A DNA stretch of 64,000 nucleotides from Octopus bimaculoides. Its lineage: Eukaryota. The position numbers and the translations under genes are program-made. The notes under the pieces are model-generated. The model searched no databases, was not told the DNA's origin, and saw only the letters and a list, made by a program, of their open reading frames with translations. The stretch covers positions 41,161,571 to 41,225,570 of the forward strand of contig NC_068991.1 in NCBI RefSeq assembly GCF_001194135.2, read 5' to 3'. Below, one piece after another: positions 50,828-63,697 of the stretch; within the stretch, counting starts at the first letter, position 1, and each line of letters opens with the position of its first letter.

Positions 50828-52599
50828 GTATCTTCAGATACTAAGCTTAGAGACACTATTATTTTTCAGAAAAAATGAAAAAAATCTTACATATTAATAG
50901 TACCCAGATATACTTTGCTATTATCACGAAACCAAGCAGCAAATTTATTTCTTGATATTATCTCCAGAAGTGATGTCTTAATGTCTCTGTCAAATGTGTT
51001 GATCATTTGCATCCTCCGGTCTAGTTGATATAATGTATCAGAAATATTAATTTGAGCATATCCTAGTTCTTGACACTCTAAATATATCTGAAGGCTATTG
51101 ATGAAAGACTTATTCACAGTTTCTATTTGAATTTTCTTCTTGAATACCAGTTACTTCTGAAGGTGTAAAAGCTAATGCTTAGTTATAATGTTAATGCAAG
51201 CTTGGAAGTTTCAACTCTTGAGATTAGTTAAAATTAAAAGTTCTTGACGTTCTGGACATGAATCTGGAATATAGGATGGAACCAGCTGTCTGTTACCAAA
51301 ACATAAATTGAACGTAGGATTTATCTTTGAGTTGCTTGAATTTTTTTTTCTTAAGTATATTTCTTGATCATATTTGGATCATTTATCATCCATCTTTTGA
51401 AAGTGACATCATATGACAAATATAAATGGCATCAACTATAGCTTACAAACTCTGGAATTAAATATTATAAAGCAAAGTCAAAGCAGAGAATTGGTTAATG
51501 CTAGAGTACATGAAACTACAACTCAAAGATCATTAAGTCAAGAAGCAGGCAATCAAAGAAAAATTGCAAAGGCAGTCACTAATTACTCAGTAAGGATGAG
51601 CTAATTGTCATGTTTTGAAATGTTTCCATAGTTTTCCTATTCTATTTGAAGCAGCACAACATTATTGGATAAGTTGTAGTTGTCTTTGCAATGGATCTTT
51701 TTGATTGTCTGTTTTTTGACTTTGTGATCTTAGATCCATAGTTTCATATATCCTAGCATTGACCAAACTTCTGTCTTTGTCTCTGTTTTGTAGTATTTTT
51801 CCCAGAGTTTGTAAGCTAGAGTACTCAAATTTTTGGAACTGTGACTTTGAAACCAATAAACAAAACAAGAACTTTTGACTGAACCAAGGGAATAAGATGA
51901 AAACTATCAAAATAATTTTTTGAATGGTAATAGCAGAAGCAGCATTAACAATAATGCAAATAGCCACTATTATGACCCTGATGACAATAACACTGCCAAT
52001 GTTGATGCCAGCATAATGGAAATTCAAGCTACAATAGTTAATGATAACTACATCAACTTAACTGGTTAGTTGGTTGGTGGTGGATCTCTGTCCTTCAACA
52101 GTGAGGATTCAGTTGTTCAATCAACTGAAATACCTGCTCCTGAATTAACATGTAAGTGGTCAAGCACTTCATAGATATGTTTACTCTGTAATTCTCAGGC
52201 AGAATCAGCATGACATGGTGTGTATAGCAAAGCTGCATCTTTTGAATTACAGGTACAATTCACTGATAGGCTTCTATGCAGTTTCTCTCACAAGGTATAG
52301 GTCAACCCGAGGTTATAGAAAGGGACATTTACCTAAGATGCCATACCATGGGATTGTACCCAGAACCTTGTGTTTGTGAAACAAACTTCTTTACTATCTG
52401 GCCAACCAATTTGAACTACCTCCACAATAAAATAAAACATATTTAGGATAACATTTCTTTAAGAGTAGTGAACAATTTTTGATCACATAAATGTAACCAT
52501 AGATGCCACTCTTCTGTCGGCCTTCTTCACAATCCCCCACATAGGTGAAATTACTGATGTCCCAAAGAGTGTGCAAAACTCAATGCTGGATGCTATACT

Positions 52600-54000
52600 G
52601 GCATTTTTACTATTGAAAATGCCAATGTACCATCTTCACTGCTACTGACCTGCAATGCTGCAATGACACTTCAAGTGTATGGGCAACTATGCCTCCCCTG
52701 GTCTTGGTGGTGTTACTTATCTCCTTCTCAAATATGGAAGTCTCTTTCCACTGCACCAGCTTTGACTACTTTTCCAATTCTGCCTTAACTGCATTATCCT
52801 AGAACAGTGGAGAATTGCCTATGTTATTCCCCTGTTCAAAAAAATGTCACTGTACATAACCTGTCAATTAAGGTCCAGTCAATCTCACAAACTGAAAGAG
52901 TCCTGTATCAGAGAGATGCTTAAGAACTCCTGGAACTCCTATAATCTTAGTTGACTCTTGCAACTTGGATTTATACCAAACTCCAGATATTGCAACTAAT
53001 CCATCAAGACTCATGGGTGGATGTTATCTATCTTGACTTCACCAAAGTCTTTAATTCTGTGCTACACAAATGGCATATGGTAAAGTACTCTGCAATGAGT
53101 GTGAAGGTTAATCTTTATAACTGATGGAAGACCTTAAATCTTGGTTGAAAAGAGGTAGTCACAGTTTTAGGACAAAATTTTACACCTTACACGATGACAT
53201 CTGCTGCTAACAGGGAACTTTTCTTAGTCCCCATCCTCTATTACTTGATGCATACATTAATGAAATAGAGGCCAACTTGAAGTGTGTTATACAGACAGTG
53301 TTAAGCTGTACCTAGAGATAAAAAGAATGGATCCTATACACTAGAGATCTTTCCTGCAATCTGACCTGGACACAATGTAGCAATAGATTGTTAATTGGCA
53401 ACTTGAGTTGGCTGTAGACAAGTGTATTACTATGCATTTGGGGAGATAAGATCCAGAATTTACCAACTCCCTCTACAACACCAACTTTAAGAAGTCTGCA
53501 GGTAGATGCATCCTAGGTGTTATTGACAACAATGGTCTGTATTGGATGAACCACATTTTAAAATCATCAAAAAGGCTGAAGGTGTCTTAGTAAGATATTT
53601 GTCATCTGGACATCAGTTATTTATTTAAAACTATATATGGTTATAGTATGTCTATACTTAGAGTTTGCATTTCCAGTCTGGAATCAACCTCCATGTTGTT
53701 CATAATACTGATCTGCTGGGGGATGTACAGAGACATACAATCAGATAAAAACCCTCTGCCAGTCACTTACCATATTGAATGTATTTCTTCTCTGGACATT
53801 GAAACACTAAAGTTTCAATGTCCAGCAGCTGACTTGGTAAAAGCACACAAGGTTATCCACTATCTTTCCAACAACAACTGTGACCACCTTTTTGAATTCA
53901 ATACCTCTACCCCTTGTGGGCATGCTTTAAAAACAGCAAAATGCAACACAGTGCCCATGACTTCTGGAAACATATTTTCACTCAGAATTGTTGAATTATA
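52600..54000 (+). mobile_element. CR1-clade LINE, degenerate RT and 3' domain
   Basis: EQWRIAYVIPLFKK; VDVIYLDFTKVFNSVLH; LQSDLDTM..W..NWQLELAVDKC..MHLG; LEFAFPVWN. Confidence 0.85.
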
Positions 54001-54050
54001 GCTTAAACATCCACCTTAGTTGTTAGCTGTCAGAACACTCTTCAAAAATT

Positions 54051-54306
54051 TCATGCTTCTTGAGATTTTCCAACACTACTCCTGACGTGCTTATGGTTCA
54101 CTACAACTTGTTGGAAAAAGATAAAAAAGAAAACATAAAGCATTAATAAAGACAGTGAAGATAGCCAAAAGTACATAGATAAAACACAAGAAGATAGAAA
54201 AATAAACAGTAAAATAGCCATAAAGAGAAAAAAGCCATAAAGAGAAAAAATAGCCATAAAGAGAAAATAGGTGAAAAGTAGTGTTGGCAAATTTCAGGAA
54301 ACGTGT
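54051..54306. mobile_element. MITE-like element with about 25-bp TIRs
   Basis: cttgagattttccaacactact ... agtagtgttggcaaatttcagg; three internal tagccataaagagaaaa-type repeats. Confidence 0.6.
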
Positions 54307-55596
54307 CCTAGTAGTTAACAATCCAAAGAGGATAGTTTATTCCATGTTTTCTTTGCACCTCACGGTGCAGACCTTCTAACAACTATCTACCAAGAAGCAA
54401 ACAAGTCTTAGCCTAAGGTGTTTCAAAGTTGTATATGCCCAGCAAGTGAATTGATCTGAGAACATGTATTGAAACTGAAGCAATTACATTGTGAAAGAGT
54501 CATTTAATAACACACAGAGCTATTAAAATTCATTTTATTACATGAGCCGTCAGGGACAAGATCGCAGTTCAGTGACAAAATTTTGAAGCCTCATGAAAAA
54601 TACCTAAATTTAAATTGCATTTATTTAACTGCTTATGTATGTGTTTCAATTATTAAATGGTTCATCTATGAGGTAGCTGCCAAGTGTAAGGGAGATAACT
54701 ATTAACATACCTAATCACTTGTAGCCACCACATAGAAGGGAATTTAATAAACTGAGGTCTTTTTGGATCATAAAATCAAACGTACTCATCATTGTTGTGA
54801 AAACAATGCGATAAGCAAATAAGCAAATAAATCTTATTCGACTTTTATCACTAGACAATCATCAACCATGAATTATTCGTTAAAACAATGATTATCTGAA
54901 AGCAAACCATAACGATGATAGAAATAAAACAGAATAATAATATATAAACAGTTGAAGAAATCTACCTCATTAAAAAATTTACAATCCTCCCTGTTTTAAG
55001 AAAACTACACAGCAAATCTTCGTTAAATCTTTTGAGTACTTTTTGTTACGACTAGAATTCCGGATTTCATTCATCTCATCAAATCAGAAAGCTGACTTCA
55101 CCGGTCATTGCCGTTAGTAAATTGACCAGATGGAAGCTTTGTTGTTGACGGAGCACGAATAACATTTATACAGGGTCGAACAACTGGGCAGTTAATACTG
55201 GGGTTCAAAGATGTCAACTGCTTGTTGCTAATTTTGCCGTCAATAGAAGTTATGAACAATAATAATGATTCTTTATTAGCAACGGAAGCAGTATTAGTTC
55301 AGTTTAGCATTCTATATATCTTACTTAAGGTGGATATACTATAGAAAGCTAAAAAAACTGCGGTATTCATCTTGAGAAAACATCTCGTTTAGACGTGTTG
55401 AGCTAAAAAGCACAGAATTGCCGTTGCTGGGCGCTTTTCGTTTGCTACTGATACACTTCTATGCCTTTTACTGATACATTTCTGTGCCTATACGTCTTGC
55501 GAGATTCTTTCTCAAGACGAATATCGTAGTTTCGTGGCTTTCTACATGTCGAGTAAAATATATAGAAGTTCATAATAATGAGTTTAATGTACAGAG

Positions 55597-55825
55597 AACG
55601 CCTGAAATTCTCCATCCTACTCTTAACATGCTTGCACACTATTTTCCTTTTATGGCTCTTTTATTGTTCACTTTTGTCTTGTGTTTTATCCTGTTTACCA
55701 TGTATGTACTTTTGGCTATCTTTGCTGTCTTTCTTAACTTGACGTATTGATGTTTTCTGTCCTCTCTTTTTCTATTTTCCAACGAGGCATGTTAAGAATA
55801 GGATGGAGAATTTTGGAAGGCATGG
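55597..55825. mobile_element. Related MITE-like element in opposite orientation
   Basis: TIR ttctccatcctactcttaacatgc ... gcatgttaagaataggatggagaa; internal sequence homologous to the reverse complement of 54051-54306. Confidence 0.6.
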
Positions 55826-55849
55826 AACTTTATATTTCCCAGGTTCGTA

Positions 55850-56222
55850 ATCTCTGTATTTTTCTACATGGATAAAAAAAGAAAATTCATAAAAAAGTTA
55901 CAAATTAAGAAATTGCAGTGGGGACAGGGGGAAACTAAAATTTTTAAAATGTGATTTCTGGGCAAAATCGTATTAACCCCCTTTTATATGATGAGACAAT
56001 ACATAGTTTGTGATCCTTCTTAAGAACAGAAAGTACTTTCATGCAAACCCATGCAAATTGTACCCTCCCCCACTTCACTTTTAAACAAATAATAACTTCC
56101 ATTACACCAGTAATCCAGTCCACTATATATCAGCTGTGCTGATTCTGCCCATAAGAAAGGAACAAATAATACAATATGGCTGTAGGTCATAACACCCGGG
56201 CAATGTCGGGATGTTTTGCTAG
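55850..56222 (+). mobile_element. Non-autonomous Helitron 3' end (5' boundary uncertain)
   Basis: GC hairpin CCCGGGCAATGTCGGG (56195-56210) followed 8 nt later by CTAG|T (56219-56223). Confidence 0.65.
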
Positions 56223-56699
56223 TAATATATAAACAAACAAGTTAAATAGCTATTATTATACTCAATAATTAATGGGGATTATATTTCAACCATCCTCAAC
56301 CATATCAGATTTAAAGGGACCACTCTGTCTCTAGAGAATATTTACCATTGTCAAGCGGTAAATAGTTAATGTCTTGACAGAGAGTAGAAACCAACCAAAC
56401 CAGATTTTTCTGCCTACCGCTCTATTGTTCTTTGGCTGCACGTCAGCTTCCATTGGGAAGACAGAGGATCGAAGACACTCCAGCTGTGAACAATGTACCT
56501 TTTTTTTCTTTCTCAGATGTTATTTACCTAGCATTACCTTATCTAGCATCTTGTCGTTGTGGTTGTTGCTTAGCCTCATATTAGCTCCAATCAAGCAAAC
56601 CTATGAGCAAAGATATTTTAATTGTGACCATCCTGTCTTGTGCAGACAAAATGAATCTAGATGTATTTTTATTTTTTGGCCTTAAAGAGTAAGGTTTGT

Positions 56700-57900
56700 C
56701 TTTAAGATGCTGTCTGTGCTATATTGAAGATATCCATTCTCCAGGAGAAAAACTGTGGTAGTAAGACCTAGTATTTATAGTGATGTTGAGAGTTCTAGTT
56801 GTATACTGTTTATATTTAGGAGGAGGGGTAAGATATGATAACTTTGTTTGTGCGTTGGCTAAGGAAATAAGACAGGCATGACTTCATTGCATAATATTTT
56901 TGAAGTTCCAATACATAGAATCAATGCAGATTTGGCAGGTGTCTTGATTGTACGTAGATGAAATTTGGATGGGGAAGGTTAGGAGAATTAAGGGTAATTT
57001 CATCTGCATAGGAGTGGGCATTGTTGGAGTGATAGTAAACAAGTCATTGATGTATAGGAGGATGTATGTCCATTACATTGATGTAATGGACAAAAACCGT
57101 GAGGCACACCAGTATTGATACTGTGTAGATCAGAGAGAGGACTATCAACACATGTTGTGATGGTGGGACCTGACAGGAGGTTACTGACTCAAGAGATGAG
57201 AGATGAATCACAAGGTGAATGGTTTTTCTAGGAGACTTGCATATTAAACATGGTTAAATGTTTTGCTTATGTCAAGTGCAAAACACTGTTTTCAGCTAAT
57301 TACTTGAGGATGAAGGCTCACTAGTGAGTGACATTGATGATTTGATCCCCAGTAGATCTTAATTTATGAAAGCCATACCAAGTCATTATTGAAACAGAAG
57401 GATTGATGATGGTGATTGTTAGACTGCTTCCACACCTTTCAGATGTTGGAAATGAGTATGATAGAATGATGGCTGGCAGGGACAAAAGGAAGGCGTCACA
57501 CTGCACTGTTTTTAAAGTTCTAGATATATTCAAGAAGATATAGAAATTTCAAAGCATTTAGTGTGTTTAATGACTAGCTTTAGGATACATCAAGAATAAT
57601 GGAAAGGAGATTGTAATGACTAGTGGCCTTGCTGATTTGAAGTGACCAGAGGTACTTATGTACTTGGTGTGTTTATGTAGATGGTGGTGTGTCTGTGAAG
57701 TGGATAAGGATAGTTTTAGAGAAGATTTAACTAGTGTACACAGTGGTGAGTTAGATGCAAATGGAGACTTTCTCTGCAGGTCATACTCAACCATTATGTT
57801 TCAGAAGTGTAGGGAAGAAGGACTTTGTAAAGTTGGTTGAAATCCTTTTGCCAAGTGACTAAAAAGACCAGTTACAGTTTGGGAAGCAGGATAGACTGTA
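56700..57900 (-). mobile_element. CR1/Jockey-like LINE RT fragment, degenerate
   Basis: Minus strand ALDISKTFNHV; HSINTGVPHG; LLYINDL; HSYADE remnants. Confidence 0.75.
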
Positions 57901-58603
57901 AGACTTATACAAACAATTCAACAACTGAAACGTCATGATCCATACAAAACTCTAGGGTAAATATAAATATATATATTGAAGATATCAACAAATGAAGGAT
58001 ATAATTAAAAAAGAATTCTGCACCGGGATCCAAAGCATCTAAATAATGAGCTAAATTTAAAAATACAAAAAAACAAAACAAGATCGAGGCTAGCATTATA
58101 TTAGTAACTTAAATTACTTACAGTAAGATATTTGATGCTAATTTGATTGGGGTAAAAAGTGACCATGTGTTAAGGGTGTTATATGTTTAATATACAGATG
58201 GAAGGTTAAGGTCTTTTTGCAGGTAAGCAGTAGTAAAGAATTCATGTTAAGCCAGCATCGTTTCATAATAGATTGCTATTTGCAGTAGTATTAGCAAACA
58301 CAGTACAATTGCCATGTGACAACAATGCAAAGAGTTTGTTATAACAACTGTATGTATCGTGACAGAGCTTTTAGTATGCATGAATATAATTTAAAGACTT
58401 TTGATTGGATATCTTTTCATTGGACAATAACATATCAATAAAAAGAGCTCCACTGAAGCTTTTATAAGCAGCCAACAAGCCAGTGTATGAGCTTTTATAA
58501 ATTTCGTCAAGGTTTTTTAAACTAGTTGCCAAATATCCCTTTTGAAAATTTCAAGTCTCTTTAAAACAGAGACCATATTTTAAATTTTAAATTTGAGGCT
58601 AGC

Positions 58604-59111
58604 AGTATGCCACTGTAAAAATAGAATGCTATTGCTAGGACACTGACTAAACAACATTCACATCAAACATCTTAGAGCTTCATATCCAGACAGCTTCTAA
58701 GTATTTACTTAGCAACTCTATATTTTAAGTAATACTAAAGTAAAACTGAATTAGGTTATTTTACAAGATAAGCAACAACTTGCAAACTTTTCGAGGATCA
58801 GCTTCTCTCCTATTATCTCTCTTCTTTTCATCAATAATATTCAGTGAATTACCACTAGCCTCATTCAATGTATTTCTGATAAATTTTTCTATTATTAATA
58901 TAATATAAGAGAAGCTGATCCTTGAAAGTTTGCAAGTTGTTGCTTATCTTGTTAAATAACCTAACTCAGTTTTACTTTAGTATTATTTAAAATATAGTGT
59001 TGCTAAGCAAATACTTAGAAGCTGTCTGGATACGAAGATTTAAGATGCTTAAGGTGAATGCTGTTTGGTGTATGTCCGAGCAATAGCATTCTATTTTTAC
59101 AGTGGCATACT
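58604..59111. mobile_element. Fold-back MITE with about 205-bp inverted arms
   Basis: 58604-58808 (agtatgccactgtaaaaatagaatgctattgct...gaggatcagcttctct) is the reverse complement of 58908-59111 at high identity, with a spacer of about 100 bp. Confidence 0.85.
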
Positions 59112-60069
59112 CTAAAGCAGTGAGCTGGGAGAATTAAGCATTGGGAAGAATACCTTGTGACATTTCTTTCAGTTCTTTACATTTCAATTTACAGTTTACA
59201 ATTTAAATACCACTAAGGTCAACTTTGCTTTTCATCCCTCTGGGGTCAATAAATAAAGTACCCATCAAATACTGGAGTTGATGCAATCAACAAACACTCC
59301 TCCGTACATATCTGAGATAATTCATCCCCTTCTTTGATATCTCACTGGCATCTGACACTGTATTCAACAGAAAGTCACTCACCAAGTCCTACCTATTGAG
59401 TATTTCTAATCAATTGCTGTACTATTACATTTTGCTTTAATAAACTCAGTTTGTTACAACTTGCTGACTGCACATTTAGTTTACTTAGGTCCTTCTACTG
59501 CACCTGCTTGGATTCTTGACATCTGAATCATGTCTCTGTTAAAACAATCCTACCATCTAGTAATATACTTAATTATTCAGTCTAATAACTAGCTTTCTTC
59601 TATTGCTCCCTTCCACCCACGAATAAACTGATGTCATTAACTCATCTTATCTCATTCACTTCATCCTCCTGATAAGAGTGGACAATGCTGCCTTCATGCA
59701 GTGTGATCCCTTCCACTGATAAGATAAAATGAAAAGAAGATAAGGCTGACCTAAATGAGCTGATTTGGCACTAACATACTTAATGTAGTAAAACAAAAAT
59801 GTTTATTTAAAAAGATTACTCAAGTAGCGATAAATAAACCCCATTCATTACGAGTTTGTTCAGCTCAAGAAAAGTAGGGCAACAATTTCAAAATTAAAAT
59901 TATTTAATTATTGAATATGTATACGGAGAGTATGGGCATGATCTTTCATAAGTAAATTTACTTATGAAAGTAAATTTACACTTGACATGTTTTGGTCTTA
60001 TTTAACCTCCTTCGTAAAACCTTTACCAGTACTAGCAGACCGTAGGGTGACTGAGAGATATAAAGAGTT

Positions 60070-62150
60070 CAGTATTGCCAACTTAAAATCAGAATTTTAT
60101 GCTAAATTTCAGTAGAAAAAATACCAAAAAAATGCTAAAGACTAATTATATCAAAAAGCTTAATTTTTATTTACTTTCTTTAATTATATTCAGCATTGAG
60201 AAATAATTTCTTGAATTTCACTGATTTGATCACTTTCAGCTAGGTCTTGACTTCTGTATACATTCAAGGTCCCAATCTTGTTAATTATGTGTTTTGGAAT
60301 ATCAAAGTTTTTGCAACATTTGCCATATCTTTTCAGGCCATATTTTATAGACAGCATTCTCAATTTTGATTTGATTACATCCATACTACTGAACAACTGT
60401 TCAACTTCTGCATTTGAGTTTGGCAATGTCAAAATTTGCAACATCTCTAAAAGGATTTCCTCCAGTAGCATCTTTACATTCCAAGAGTTCCAGCCAGAAT
60501 GCCTCAGTATTGGTTGTATTTTTCCATTTAACTAAATGAATGTTATTAAACTGAATTTCAATTGAAGCAAGTTTTTCTTCATTTAAATGCATTGCTTCTA
60601 AGACAGGTAAAATTGGCTCTTTGAAATGCTGCAAAATATTCTCTACTGAAAAACATTTGATATTCTTCAGTATATTAATATTTCCTGGCAAACGGTGCTT
60701 GAGCTCTTTATAATGGCAGAGTAAAAATTGTTGTGCTCTCTTGCGAATATTATTTTCTTTGGTGGCCGTTACAGTCTTCTTGATAATCATTTCTGCTATC
60801 TTTCTCTCAAACCTGTAGCCTAAATTTGGTTTAGGATCCAGAAAGTTTTCAATAGAAGCATGAGGATCAAGAGCATCAATTCTACATGTTAGCAACACTA
60901 TCATATTAGCAACAGATTTGAAAGATCTTCAAATAAAATTGTTTTGTTGACTGTGTTTGATTCAAACAGTTTATTCACTTCCTGAACATGTTTTAAAATT
61001 GGATGCAAAAATAAAAGGTAAAGTTCATACCTAGAATCATGAAACATCTCATATAACGTTTGTACTGTAAAGCATTTTTCTTTTGTAGTTGTAGTTTGGA
61101 AGTGAGTTTGCAATTCAAACCATTGGCTTAAAATTTTATTTACCGCTGGTTCTATTGACAGCCACCTAGTTGTACAAGAATTCATGATCTTCAAAGGCTC
61201 TTGATAGCAAGGTAAAGTTGTTTGTAGGCACTTTATCTTGTTGAAGAATGAGAGGACCATCTATAGGTTTTGGATACTAAAAATTTTAAATTTATGGGCA
61301 ATCATACACATCTAAATAGAAGTAATGATGGAACTTCTTTTAATTTCTGGAAAACACAATTGTTGACTCCTATCATTACTCTAGCATAGTTGGTTTCTAT
61401 AGCCAGTAAAACTTTTATATTTAATTTCTTTTTCAGTAATTCAATTTTTAAGGCATCTACAATGCCATCTGCATCTCATGTTTCTAAAGATATCATACTG
61501 AGATATGTATGTACCACTTTTTTGTGAGTGTCACTATAATATATGATAACAATTCCTAACAACCTGTTTATCGATATATCATTGCATTCATCTAATAACA
61601 GGCTAAATTTCCTATCTCCTATATCAGAAATCACATCTCCATCAAAATATGGAGCTAGAACATTTCTCACAATATTTGCACATTTGGTACATCACTACAG
61701 AATAAAGCATTGTTAGAACGAATTTGCATGCTTTCATTCATTGCAACATATTTACATTATTGTGTTGTGAGTTCAGGTGCTGACATGAGTTATCTTCTCC
61801 CCCCACCAGTACCACTCTGTATCCAGGCCGGTGGGGGTGGGGTGGAAAAGTTCATAAATTGATAAACCTCCTTTTGATAAACTTTCATTTGAAGTTTCAA
61901 GTGAAAGAAAAATTCAACAATAGCCGATAGTACAAAATTTGGCTATAAGATACATTAACGAAAGTAGAAAAGGAGGAAAAAGAAGAAAAAAGGTAACTAT
62001 TGTGGAAATGTCATGATCAGAGAAAAATGCTAAATAAAATTTTAAACCTGCTATTTTCCCTGCTAAATGCTAGATTTTAAAATTTTCTGTTAAATGCTGA
62101 AAAACAAAAACGCTAGATCTAGCATAAAATATGCTAAACTGACAACCCTG
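60070..62150 (-). mobile_element. hAT-superfamily DNA transposon (2081 bp), internally deleted, fragmented transposase
   Basis: Perfect 8-bp TSD AAAGAGTT (60062-60069, 62151-62158). Imperfect TIRs CAGTATTGCCAAC / CAGGGTTGTCAGT. Peptides FSLLLDECNDIS, CTTRWLSIEPAV..IL.QW.EL..HF and LPNSNAEVEQLFS (hAT dimerisation domain). Confidence 0.93.
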
Positions 62151-62420
62151 AAAGAGTTTGAATGAATAAATATGGACAGGAGACACAACTTGAAAGGATA
62201 ATGAGGTTGAGGGAGAATAACTGAGGGACGTCATTGGCTACATGAAAGTTAAGCCAGTGCTTATATAACTTAATTTTGTGAACCAAAATATATTTTAATT
62301 AATTAAAATGTATCAGTAGTAGTAGTTGTAGAGAGAGAGAAAGAAAGAGAGAGAGAGAATTTATTATCTTAATGATTTATCCTGGTTAAAAACTATAAAA
62401 TGAAAAAACAAAACAAACAC

Positions 62421-62582
62421 AGACAAGTTCAAAATATAAAGTAGAGAGTGAGTCTGATCTTTGGCAAATATATTAATAACTTTTTATATGTTTAAGTCTT
62501 ATTACACATAAACATATAAAAAGTTATTAATATATTTGCCAAAGATCAGACTCACTCTCTACTTTATATTTTGAACTTGTCT
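62421..62582. repeat. Perfect 74-bp inverted duplication
   Basis: 62421-62494 is the exact reverse complement of 62509-62582; 14-nt spacer. Confidence 0.95.
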
Positions 62583-62904
62583 TATTACACATGTGTAGAA
62601 AAACAGTCTTAAACAGTAGTACTTGCAAGACCAGAATTAATAACAAAGATTATGGTTATTTTTTCTTTCCATTATGGATTTGTAGGTAATTGATTACAAT
62701 TTTTTTGTGTTACTACATTAAGTATACTAGCATTGATCTGGTTGTTTTTTTTTTCATGCTGGTGTTTCTGGACTAGAAACCCCCTACTTTTAAGTTGTAG
62801 GCAAGTACTGGTGAAAACTATAACTTGCTGAGAGGGTCAAATAATACCGAAACACGATCGAAATTGTCATCATACTTGCCAAAGATCAGGCTCACTTTCT
62901 ATTG
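62439..62904. mobile_element. Tc1/mariner-type MITE (TA-flanked)
   Basis: TA|AAGTAGAGAGTGAGTCTGATCTTTGGCAA ... TTGCCAAAGATCAGGCTCACTTTCTATTG|TA. Confidence 0.55.
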
Positions 62905-63697
62905 TATGTCCCCTTTTAATTAATTAAAATTTCGAAATTATCTCACTTGACTTTTTTTTTGACTTGAAATAATAATTTTAAAAAAAAAGAAAGAATTTTC
63001 TCCTCAGTACGAGCGTAATACTAGAAGAATATTTAAAAATTCTTCACTACATTAAGTACGTTAGCATCAACTTAACTCTCTATTTTTGATGCATATGACG
63101 TCCCAGGGTAATTTGTCTGCTGCCGGTCATTTTCGTAAATAAGCATAGTTAAGGCGATAAATAAAAGCAATTTTGTTAACATCTGCTCATTTATAGCTAT
63201 CATTGTCCTTACAATATACAGGGAATAACTTATAACTGTTTACTTCCATTAAATAAATATAAGGTATAATGCGTATGGTTTACCATACATATAGAAAAAA
63301 ATTATCTTCCTCGACGTCAAGGGAACTCTTTGCTAAAAAGAGACTTCTTCGACGATCTTTTAACAGAAGAGATAAAAATTTCGTTCGCAAATAAACATGG
63401 AGTACGATGGAAATTAAACTGCCTTCGAAATATACATCAGGTTTATTAAATGACAATAAGATAAAGGTTTGTTATTGTCAGTTTTGTGATTAAAGTGACA
63501 ACGATAGAGAGTGTAGTAATTGTAATATCAGCAGCAGTAATGATGTTGTGGATGAGTGGAGGGGCGTGATTTGTTGAAACAATGCGTTATATGAAGAGTG
63601 CCTTAGGAGTGTTGATCATGGCTACTCCAGTTGACAGCAGTAGACATCGTGCCACTGGTGCCCTTACCACCTTTTACCATTGCTGGTCGCAGCAGAG
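62850..63697. promoter_or_regulatory. CpG-retaining promoter/5' UTR region of the RMDN-like gene
   Basis: CG-rich; CRE-like TGACGTC cores near 63100 and 63315; immediately upstream of the coding exon. Confidence 0.5.
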
